Source: Eukaryota sp. TZLM1-RC | Lineage: Eukaryota > Protista > Metamonada: BaSk clade | NCBI GenBank assembly: GCA_040285825.1 | Contig: JAUPSS010000004.1 | Location: 3,142,550 to 3,206,549, forward strand | Reading direction: 5' to 3' | Length of the DNA stretch: 64,000 nt | In this document: one piece after another, positions 46,015 through 55,537 of the stretch | Layout: each line of letters starts with the position of its first letter | Position numbering within the stretch: position 1 is the stretch's first letter | The notes under the pieces: model-generated | Seen by the model: the letters and a program-made list of their open reading frames with translations, nothing else | Database searches by the model: none | What the model was told of the DNA's origin: nothing | Program-made: the position numbers and the translations under genes

Positions 46015-47506
46015 TTATACAAAGAAAATGTCTCTAATTAAAGAATTTGCAGTGACTACAGACGCAACAATAGCAATATAAATAATTAAATAAGCAAAAA
46101 TAGGTTTTGAAAAGAAAGAAGAAAATCTATTCTTCCCAGTAATTTTTGAATTCCACAAAGAAATACAACGTTCCCTGCTACTTAAATGGAGCATGGCAGG
46201 AATTGCCAAAGCTATAAAAAAACCCGTAAGTCCCCCAAATGATAAAATTGTTGACAACTTTCTTGCAAATACAGCAATAGCCAGAGCAGGAATGGAAAAA
46301 GCCAATAAACAGAAAACGCGAATTTTCTTCATTCTAGATTCAGCCATATACTCCCGCTTATGAGGAGGACATACGCTCTCGTAAATATTGTTCCCCAAAG
46401 TGATTGCGTTGATAGGGAAGGCACTCAGACAGACTATTGGGACAAATAAAACCACTAATTGTCTAACAACACTCCCCCACCAAGGAGTGGTATCATACCC
46501 CCAAGGATAAGATTTCCACATTAGAGAGAGTAGTTCACCTGTATCCTTACCAAAATAGAGGACAGAGGTTGTACAGAGGAGGATATAAGTGACTGTGAGC
46601 AAAATAACTACACTACGAAGGGCCTTCCTGATCTTTTTCTTATTGTTGAGAGGTGCGACTAAACCAGGAAGGGAGTGATGGCCAATGTTTGCAAAGAAAA
46701 GTGTGGGAATAAGCACACCTAGGTTCTGAAACTGCCAATCCGGAACGGTTTGCACATGGGGAGAGATCGACACTGGGAAGGGTTTCATGAAGATAGCAAT
46801 GGTGACAGTAATAATACATATAATGAGTACGAGGTAACGGTAGACTGTGAAGGCGGATTGAATTAATCCCTGTCCACTGAGACCTACAAGGGTGAGAATA
46901 ATGACGAGCACGGCGTAAATGGAAAGGAAAACAAGGTAAGCATGGAAACAATTTGAAGACCAAGTGGAGTTGTTGGAATTACATTCTCCCCAGTCAGTAA
47001 GATATGGAACAGCAAAGTTAGTCATGAGAGAACCGGCACTTGTGCTCGCATAAGAAATTAAAGCTGAGATCATGTACATAGATATGGCTATTTGGTAACA
47101 AAACTTCCACTTAGAACCAAGAAAGAGTTCTACAAGATGAGGCAGCTCAATAAGGTTAGATGACAGTGGTAACATACTATTTACGAGAACCAATTTCAAA
47201 TTTGACACGCGAGTCAACGAGACTAGAAGAAAGTTGACCCTCTAGAATATCATTTAAGGCATCAGCACGTGCCATGGCTTCAGCAAGATACATAAAGGCG
47301 ATGTACGAGATGAGTCCAACCAATACACATGTGATGATAGAAAGGCGAATACCCGCGATAGAGAAGCTATGAGGAAGGCCAAGAACACCAGTTCCTATAA
47401 TGTAATTAGTGGTTAAGCATCCAAAGACGAACGCAGAATAAGACTGCTTTTTCGATTTGTCCACGATGGTGCCATCAAAGATGAGACGTTCATCGTTGAC
47501 TGACAT
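46015..47506 (-). CDS. Amino-acid transporter (Aa_trans/AAAP, TMEM104-like); two exons, intron 47150-47177
   Basis: NYIIGTGVLGLP.SF, EAMARA, FEI..K.EL..LVELFLG, HHSLPGLV.P, SAFPINAITLGNN; many hydrophobic segments. A 28-nt intron restores the frame. Confidence 0.8.
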
Positions 47507-47599
47507 GTTGGCGCCGTTAGGTGAAATTCGGATAAACAGACTAATTTGTTGAATTAAGACTTTCGAAGAACTAACAGAAATTTCAACTGATTGTTTTGG

Positions 47600-47745
47600 T
47601 AAAATGGAATTGTGTTTTCTATTTTTAAGGGGATGTTGAAGATGGTTTCTGATGCTTTGCTTTCTCTTGGATCTCACTATGCGAAAGTTGCATTTAGTTG
47701 TTTTGTTTTGGGAGAGATGGATTATTTAGATGTTGATTTATAAGT
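47600..47745 (+). mobile_element. CRE-like 3' end (family D), second copy at 50585-50712 (-)
   Basis: IVFSIFKGMLKMVSDALLSLGSHYAKVAFSCFVLGEMDYLDVDL*. Confidence 0.6.
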
Positions 47746-47793
47746 TTTCGAATAAATAAATATATTCAAAAAAATTTGTTAAATTATAGTCAA

Positions 47794-48408
47794 TTTATTG
47801 AATTTGCACACTTGATTAAATTAAATCATAACTAATGGGACGACTATCATTAAACCAAGATTTCCTCTACAAAATCTTGATTTGCTTGCTGTCTAGCTAA
47901 AGCTTCTCTAATTCGATTGAAAAACCGCGGTAATCTATTAATAATGGCAAATTGAATCCGTGAACGCCATAAAAAAATATCAAATCTTTTCATTGTTTTT
48001 TCTTTCACCATTTTTTGGAAGTCATCCAAAAAAGTTTCTGCTTCAACTGATAATCTTCCATTTATCGAAAATGGGAAAGCAATAAAAACCAGCTGTGTAT
48101 TTCTATCGACATTTGCATCTTCAATTTCTTTATCATATTTTCTATGTTTTTCTTTTGCTTTAAAATCCAGAGCAGCCACAGGATTAAGTTTTCTTCTGTG
48201 AACCAAAGTATCGTTTGCAACATTACATGAGACAAAGTCAACAATAGCTTCAGAATTATCAATCCAATCACAGTATACATCACCTCTATCATCAGAACCA
48301 AAATTATTCAGAGAAAGTGTTTCTTTCAGCAGGGGCTCTTTGATACACGATATCCTTGTAGTTTGTGCCATATTGAAAACAGTGTCTCTAACAGCATCAT
48401 GTAATGAA
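47794..48408 (-). mobile_element. CRE-like family A, 5'-truncated (RLE + 3' UTR)
   Basis: Near-identical to 40372-40985. Confidence 0.9.
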
Positions 48409-48475
48409 TTTGAATACTTTTTAGCAAAAAGAAGAATCACCTTTCTTCTGGATGAATTTTTATTGATCTAAAATA

Positions 48476-48596
48476 CTATCTAATATTCAATATCCTCCAA
48501 ACAAGCATAACAATTACTTAACCTACTCACTGCATTTCGTTCATATTGTACACCAATAGCTAACAGAAGTTTAGAAATCATTGTTGGAATAGACTG
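48476..48596 (-). mobile_element. CRE-like 3' end (family E)
   Basis: Repeat of 14903-15025. Confidence 0.55.
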
Positions 48597-49480
48597 GATT
48601 TTTTAACCATTTTATTCCACCAGGAAAATAAACAACAAAATTAAAATTCTAAATCTTTATATCCCAAATAAGCCAAAACCAATTGAATGGTAGTTTTCCC
48701 TTTATAAAAACGACTCAGAAATTAAGGGACAACACCTTTAAAGATTGGAAAAAAAGACTAAGAATGCAAACAAAAATTCTATTTAACCTGAAAGCAAAAG
48801 TCAATCTTTTACGAGATCTGTTTTGAGTATTTGAATTGTTGAAGAAACCTTACAGTAAATTTTACTCCATGTGTGGTAGTTTTCATGATACAAATTTGAG
48901 AATGGAAAAGCAGAAAAAATGAATGATACCAAAAGCAACCATAGTGAAAAACCCAAATAATACATTGTTGTTGACTAGCAAACAACAAATACGAAACGAA
49001 AATATATACGAAATTCACACTGAAGAGTATTCACAGTATGAAAACATTGGTTACGCCTGAAATCGGCTCATTCATTCAAATACCAAGAGTCACAGACCAT
49101 AAGTGCAACACTTTGTTCTGTTATTCAATCACACCATCATGTCACAGCAATTATTTGAAGTAGAACTAATGAAAATCACTTCTGTTCTTTTGAATGATCT
49201 TAGTATCAGCCTACTATAGCAGCAATTGTTGTATTTTTGTTTGTTAGATTGCGAAATATGCATAAATTCTGTAGATCACGCCACATTAATTGCTGCAAAC
49301 ATTCACACTGTGTTGTCACCTTTCTCCCACAGAAAACCATTCTGCAATGGTGGATGATGTGCTTGAAATACAAAGTGTTTAATGGAGGGCAGAGGTAAAT
49401 TCTTCTCTTTTTTCGATCTCTGATTTATATGTATGTCTCTCAACCACTCTTATCAGAGTAGTCTCCTTCATTATTAAGAA

Positions 49481-50407
49481 ATGAGTCAGGAATCATCTGT
49501 TTTAGCTTGCTCTCCCGAAGATATGCAAAAGTTTTTGATGTGTGACACCCATCTCGGTGCCAAAAACCTTGGTAAGGGAATGGAATCATACATCTATACC
49601 CGTGCTCCCTCCGGTCATCACATCATCAACCTTGCCGACACCTGGGACAAGTTAATCCTTGCTGCCAAAATCATTGTTGCCGTTGACAACCCAAAAGATG
49701 TAGTCATTGTGTCTAGCTCTGAATACGGCCAACGTGCTGCTCATAAGTTTGCCAGATTCACTGGTGCTTCCGCCATTGCTGGACGTTGGACCCCTGGTTC
49801 TCTTACTAACTATGTTCAAAAAGAATTTATCGAACCCCGTGTAATTGTTGTCACCGATCCTATTCAAGATCATCAAGCTATTACTGAGGGATCCTATGTC
49901 AATATTCCTGTTATAGCTCTTTGCAACACCGATACTCCCCTTCGCTTTGTTGATGTTGCTGTTCCTTGCAATAACAGAAGTCAGAAGTCGGTTGGTTTCA
50001 TGTACTGGCTTTTGTGCCGTGAAGTTTTAAGAATGAGAGGTGCCATTGCTAGAACCGCTGAGTGGGAAATCATGCCTGATCTCTTCTTCCATCGTGGTGA
50101 AGCCGAAAAGGAACAAGAAGAACTCCAGAGACTTTCCGCAGAAGCAGTTCACGATCAACCCACCGCTATGCCCGATGCTCCTGTTGTTGGATCAGAAGGT
50201 TTCGCTTTAGCTGCACCTGAAGAATTCGACTTTGGTGCCGCTAACACTGGTAACTGGGCTCCTGATACCTCTGCTGGATGGGGTGAGGCTCCCACTGAAC
50301 AACCATCTGCTTGGGATGAGGCTCCCACTGAACAACCATCTGCTTGGGGTGAAGCTCCCACTGAACAACCATCTGCTTGGGGTGACTCATCTACTGCTTG
50401 GCAATAA
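49481..50407 (+). CDS. RPSA: 40S ribosomal protein SA (uS2/Rps0)
   Basis: [73 protein letters not shown]. Confidence 0.97.
   Translation: MSQESSVLACSPEDMQKFLMCDTHLGAKNLGKGMESYIYTRAPSGHHIINLADTWDKLILAAKIIVAVDNPKDVVIVSSSEYGQRAAHKFARFTGASAIAGRWTPGSLTNYVQKEFIEPRVIVVTDPIQDHQAITEGSYVNIPVIALCNTDTPLRFVDVAVPCNNRSQKSVGFMYWLLCREVLRMRGAIARTAEWEIMPDLFFHRGEAEKEQEELQRLSAEAVHDQPTAMPDAPVVGSEGFALAAPEEFDFGAANTGNWAPDTSAGWGEAPTEQPSAWDEAPTEQPSAWGEAPTEQPSAWGDSSTAWQ
50279..50385 (+). repeat. 33-nt tandem repeat (3 copies) encoding W(G/D)EAPTEQPSA in the RPSA tail
   Basis: Directly visible in the sequence. Confidence 0.9.
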
Positions 50408-50584
50408 ATTTCCAACTAGTTCTAGTTTGCTTTAAGTATTGACTTTCCCTTCACACTTTAATTTTTCAGTCATTCTGAAATAAAAATCTTGACTATCATT
50501 TGTTTCTGTCACACCGTAAGATATCATTAACGTGATCATTTACAGAAGTTTTTTTGAAAAAAAAACTAAATTTATTAAACAACT

Positions 50585-50712
50585 TATAATTCAACATTTA
50601 AATAATACATCTCTCCCAAAACAAAACAACTAGATACAACATTCCCATAGTGAGATCCAAGAGAAAGCAGAGCATCAGAAACAATTTTCATCATCCCCTT
50701 AAAAATAGAATA
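50585..50712 (-). mobile_element. CRE-like 3' end (family D)
   Basis: Reverse-complement repeat of 47600-47745. Confidence 0.6.
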
Positions 50713-50830
50713 CAATACTGATGATGCTAATACTAAGGAAATATGTCAAACGAACAGTGAGATTGCTGTTTATTTTGTTCATTCTCAAATAACACCTTCA
50801 TTGCAAATAACACCTTGTTATAGAGAATAT

Positions 50831-51807
50831 ATTTATTGAACATGTACACTTAATTAAATTAACTCATAACTAATGGGACGACTATCATTGAACCAAGATT
50901 TCCTCTACAAAATCTTGATCTGCTTGCTGTCTAGCTAAAGCTTCTCTTATTCGATTGAAAAACCGAGGTAATCTATTAATAATGGCAAATTGAATCCGAG
51001 AACGCCATAAAAAAATATCAAATCTTTTCATTGTATTTTCTTGCACCATTTTTGGAAGTCATTCAAAAAAGTTTCTGCTTCATCTGATAATCTTCCATTT
51101 ATCGAAAATGGGAAAGCAATAAAAACCAGCTGTGTATTTCTATCGGCATTAGCCTCATCAATATATTTATCATACTTTCTATGTTTGTCTTTTGCTTAAA
51201 AATCAAGAGCAGCCACAGGATTAAGTTTTCTTCTGTGAACCAAAATATCATTTGCAACATTACATGAGTCAAAGTCAACAATAGGTTCATAACTATCAAT
51301 CCAATCACATTAATCATCACCTCTATCATCAGAAGCAAAATTATTCAATGACAGTGTTTCGTTCGGCAGAGGCTCTTTGATACACGATATTCTTGCAGTT
51401 TGTGCCATATTGAAACAGTGTCACTAACCGCATCATGTAATGAAGAACGATAAGTTATCAATTTCGAACAATTCAGAGCATGACGTAAAGTGAGCAGAGG
51501 TGAATTCGAACAAATACATTGATTAACGGGGATATTTCAATATAATCTCAATTTTGTTACAAATGCTTCATTAGTGGCACACAATCCAAATCTTCGTGGT
51601 ACAATGGTTACAAAAAGTGAAGAATCTGATGACTTGTTTTCACAAACACCCTTTTCCAATAACAATGAGTGAAGATCTTGATTTTAAACAGCCGGGCTGC
51701 TTATATTATTATAAAGATCATTTTCATACATTCCAGTCAATCGTTTCTATAATGTTCGAAGAGTGTATATTAAATTTAAAAGATTCGTTTCTGGAATTTT
51801 GCCATTA
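50831..51807 (-). mobile_element. CRE-like family A, decayed, ending at the LTR element insertion
   Basis: Collinear with 40372-41367, with frameshifts. Confidence 0.88.
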
Positions 51808-52896
51808 TGATGCCGTTAGGCAGAAATACCAAAGAAGTAAAGAGAGAAAAGCCTTTGTTAATAGAAATACTTGTTTTTGAACAAGTGCCACGTCATCATG
51901 TAAATTCCTCATCTGTCTAGCAAGTTAGTTAATCAGTAACAACAACACTACTTCTTCCAATTTTCTTTCAACAGTTTCGTGAACCATTCAGCAAAATGAA
52001 GAAAGGGGATTTGTGAGATACTGAGGCACGTGGCGTAAATGATTGACTTCGTGCTTAACTTTTGAGGGGCAATCACGAGCTAGATGACCTTTCTGGTGAC
52101 ATTTGAAACATGTTCATTCAGTCAAATTGCGAGACCTATGGGATGAACGAGACTTCATACCAGCTTGACGCACAGAGTCGGTATTTTCAGAAACAGTCTA
52201 TGAAGACCTGTTCCAAGAAGCTACCCGCATGCAATCAAGTAGTTCATCCTCTGCGGTATTTACCAATGTAGGAAAATCGGGGAATACCTCATCCCGAATT
52301 CGAGAAATCAGAGATTTCTGCAATCCTAATGGAAGAATACCCTTGGCGAATCTGATCATAAAGGCTGAGTCAGGCAGTTTCAGTCCGGAAGCCCTGCTTT
52401 TCGCCTGAAGAAAACGTCTCAGGTAGCAAGACATACGTCGCCCTTACGGACATCAACCTTCAACTCAGACATCACCAAGTTGAATTCCTCGTACGAGGGA
52501 AACAAGGTGGAGGATCTTAAATGATCCAGAAACACCTCATCGGATGAATCGACCCCAGGTCTTGTGAGAACCAATGATTCTAACAAGAAGGGGTCAACGA
52601 GGAGCCTTGCTGGAACAAGGTCCTTTTTCAGTGTAACAGAAGAGTACACCTTCCACTGTTGTAGGAACAACAGAACATCATCCACTTCCATAGAAGCAAG
52701 GGACGGATGTAGTACGTGTGTAGATATCATCTGCAATGAGGGCCAATAATTATTGATGCCGTTAGGCAGAAATACCAAAGAAGTAAAGAGAGAAAAGCCT
52801 TTATACTTAATAGAAATACTTGTTCTTGAACAAGTGCCACGTGATCATGTAAATTCCTCATCTGTCTAGCAAGTTAGTTAATCAGTAACAACAACA
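51808..52896 (-). mobile_element. Gag-only LTR mini-retrotransposon, family 2 (gag frameshifted, with stops)
   Basis: LTRs 51808-51947 and 52754-52896 (TG...CA), TSD ATTA, PPT GGAAGAAGTAG. Gag is homologous to family 1, including CFKCHQKGHLARDC and LTNPLSSFC*. Confidence 0.9.
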
Positions 52897-53060
52897 ATTA
52901 AAAATAGAGAATGTATTAAATCATGTATTGGAATTCAAGCCGAACGCAAATCATAAAAATATGATGTAACGAAATTGATAGCTAATACTGATAGAAAGAG
53001 GCAACCCATCATCTTTTATTTATTTTATTATATTTTATTATCTAAATTCCCCCAGTAATC

Positions 53061-55319
53061 CTAACTAAGAAATAGTATTTGATCAGCCAGTATTAATGAA
53101 TCTTTCAGTCCATTCCGTACTGAATACTTACCAACATCCCCAACAAAAGCAAGCTCTGTGTCAAAGTCTTCAATGGAAAATGGTCCTGAATCACGAGCTA
53201 ATTCGTTCAGCTTTTGCCTACACTGGGACACTAAATCTGCCAATAAATTAATAAAAAAACGACTCATTCTAGTAGTTCGTTTGGTTAAAGTAGTCACACA
53301 TGAGTTCCAACTAGATAAATGCCTTACAACTTCAAACAATTTTTGTTCAAAATCTTGTATTTGTGTAACAGAAAAAGATTGGGAATAGCGGTGTAATGAT
53401 TCATACAGCTCCAGTAATGTTAATATTACAAAACCGCCATTATTCCATGAATCAATTTTGTTGGAATATGCGGATAATAAATTTAAAGCAGCTTGCTGAA
53501 TACTAATTTGTTTGGCCGACAATAGTTCCGCTCCAAGACTTCCAATGAGAAGTGAGTGGACGGTAGAGAATTCTGAAGCAAGAAAGAGCGAGGTGGCATA
53601 GACTAAAAATGAACCAAGTTTGAGATCACTCGTGTAGATAGATCGGGCCTTGACTGAGATTGATTTAAAAACAAATTCTTTTGAAATATTTAATTTTTTG
53701 GTTAAGAAGAGAATATCATCATTTTCTGAAAACCTACCAAATTCAATTACCTCAGGAATCTTGACATTTCTGGATATAAGTAGACCAACAATCCTAGATC
53801 TACAAGAATCATTTGGATGAAAAAGAGCGGCACAAACCGCCCATCGCCACAAACCTAGTTTCTCTAGGTTAAAACAAACTTCTAAAGGAATTTCTTGATT
53901 TAATATTCCTAATCCTGATAATAAAATATGAGTAACAAATACTGAAAAGAAATTACGAGGTTCATCATTAAAAGACCAGGGGTTGTGTAATTTTTGAATA
54001 GTGATTGGTTCCCCCGAGAATGATTTAATTAAATTAAAGATAATGTCTATGCTGTGATTCTCCTCGTTTTTAGGCGAATTAATAATTCCTTGGTCTATTA
54101 AAGTACAAAATTCAGAAACTAAATCAACAATTTTGGTACCAGGTTCAATGTTATACCATAGATAACAGGCAAAGGCAACTAACCAATCATTCCCGACTGT
54201 CATTGACACGTCACCAGCCAAAATTGCCAGAATAGGAAAGAGGTCAAAAAGTGGATGACTGTCGGTCATATTATTGACTGCTGACACTATTAACGGTCGA
54301 GATTCCCCTGACCTTGATGACGTGATCAGAGGGGCAATTTCAGGAAACTTCTCAAGACTCAATGCTGTAGCTTTCAATATATTACCACGCAAAATGTTGG
54401 TAAAAATATTAGCCAAAACAGAATTATTCCTGACCGTCTCATCATCAATCACAATTGATTGATTGCTTAACACATCACCACACCAACTGGACAAATCTCG
54501 TATTCTCTGATGGTAAAGTCTATAATCATTAGCAGTATAGTCGTTCTCATTGAACAAAACCCGAGAATTTTCGCTTGATATTCCCCACAAAGTAGATATC
54601 AAAGAAATAACTTTGGGGAGTCTTGTTGAATAACTTGTTCCTTTAAACATTAAACTGAGGGATTTGCAGAGATTGCTGGTGACAAATGGGGATTTTAGCA
54701 TGGCTAAGGGTACGGGATGAGAACTAAAGTCAACGCTGGATAGTATCGAATCACAAATACAAGTAATTAAATGATTTTCTATTTCGTCCTTTTTAGGAAT
54801 CACTTCTGGCTCAGGTTCTGGGTAGGGTGGTGCAGATTCCATTGCCTCCATCATTGGTTCTTCTACTTCCACATCCTCTTCCCCTTGTTCTTGGGGAGGA
54901 GAAGGGGCATGGAAAAGTTGGGATGTGGAGGGAACTGCAGGTTCAGGAGACACAGACTCCGAAAACATGGAGAAGGAAGGAATAGGTGAATATTGGAGTG
55001 GTGGGACAGGTTCATCAAGGGAATGATCGCTATCTTCTTCCTCTTCAAAAAGATGAGATGACGTAATAGGGTGTCGTGATGGTGGAGGAAAAATGCGAGA
55101 AGTGGGGGGACGGTCAGATTGGGGTGGCGAAGGTCCTCGATGCTGAGCAGGAACTTGATGCAGAGAAGAAGTGATTGGTGCTTTAGGACCAAAAACAGTA
55201 GGGGATGCTCTGTAGGCAGGTGGTAGTCTTTCCGTTGAAAGCTCTGTTGTAGGAATTTGTTCAGGAATAGACTCATCTTCCGATTCCGATTCATCAAAGG
55301 CAAATGTGACAGGAGACAT
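53061..55319 (-). CDS. Nucleoporin Nup96 (Nup145C)-like, stand-alone
   Basis: LSSWC, IF..IL.G.I.KA..L, LAILAG, DWLVAFACYLWY, DIIFNLIK, LEKLGLWRWAVCAALF, L..KL.I..E.V..S..VKAR: Nup96 domain pattern. Confidence 0.7.
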   Translation of the reverse strand: MSPVTFAFDESESEDESIPEQIPTTELSTERLPPAYRASPTVFGPKAPITSSLHQVPAQHRGPSPPQSDRPPTSRIFPPPSRHPITSSHLFEEEEDSDHSLDEPVPPLQYSPIPSFSMFSESVSPEPAVPSTSQLFHAPSPPQEQGEEDVEVEEPMMEAMESAPPYPEPEPEVIPKKDEIENHLITCICDSILSSVDFSSHPVPLAMLKSPFVTSNLCKSLSLMFKGTSYSTRLPKVISLISTLWGISSENSRVLFNENDYTANDYRLYHQRIRDLSSWCGDVLSNQSIVIDDETVRNNSVLANIFTNILRGNILKATALSLEKFPEIAPLITSSRSGESRPLIVSAVNNMTDSHPLFDLFPILAILAGDVSMTVGNDWLVAFACYLWYNIEPGTKIVDLVSEFCTLIDQGIINSPKNEENHSIDIIFNLIKSFSGEPITIQKLHNPWSFNDEPRNFFSVFVTHILLSGLGILNQEIPLEVCFNLEKLGLWRWAVCAALFHPNDSCRSRIVGLLISRNVKIPEVIEFGRFSENDDILFLTKKLNISKEFVFKSISVKARSIYTSDLKLGSFLVYATSLFLASEFSTVHSLLIGSLGAELLSAKQISIQQAALNLLSAYSNKIDSWNNGGFVILTLLELYESLHRYSQSFSVTQIQDFEQKLFEVVRHLSSWNSCVTTLTKRTTRMSRFFINLLADLVSQCRQKLNELARDSGPFSIEDFDTELAFVGDVGKYSVRNGLKDSLILADQILFLS

Positions 55320-55439
55320 TTGTTAAAAGAACAAAAAAGATGTAAAATAGTTGCAACTTGATGTGAAGAATGAATTTCTATCAAAACGCACTTCTGGCTT
55401 TTGACCAATTCAAGCAATCTTGATAGATGTTAAGCATAC

Positions 55440-55537
55440 TTTAGTTCTATCACTATATGATATCACGATCAAATGATAGTTAAAGCAGCAACAGCACAAT
55501 ACGCGTACAGGTACGCAATACATGGAAAAACACTTGT
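55440..55537 (-). ncRNA. Candidate Fanzor omega-RNA scaffold region
   Basis: Lies immediately 3' of the Fanzor RPEAFGR motif; two hairpins (55503-55516 and 55447-55479). Boundaries unknown. Confidence 0.35.

Noticed and set aside
47507-47677. N-terminal extension of the transporter ORF from GTG 47677
   Set aside because: It overlaps an antisense CRE family D 3' stub; ATG 47506 gives a normal N-terminus.
54863-55417. 184-aa alternative-frame ORF over Nup96, and other short shadow ORFs in the track
   Set aside because: They are off-frame or antisense to well-supported genes or TE ORFs and show no motifs.
55320-55480. Right TIR and 9-bp TSD for the MULE-Fanzor element
   Set aside because: No inverted copy of GAGAAATTGAC and no repeat of the left flank (AAAAAAACT) was found; the right boundary is left undefined.
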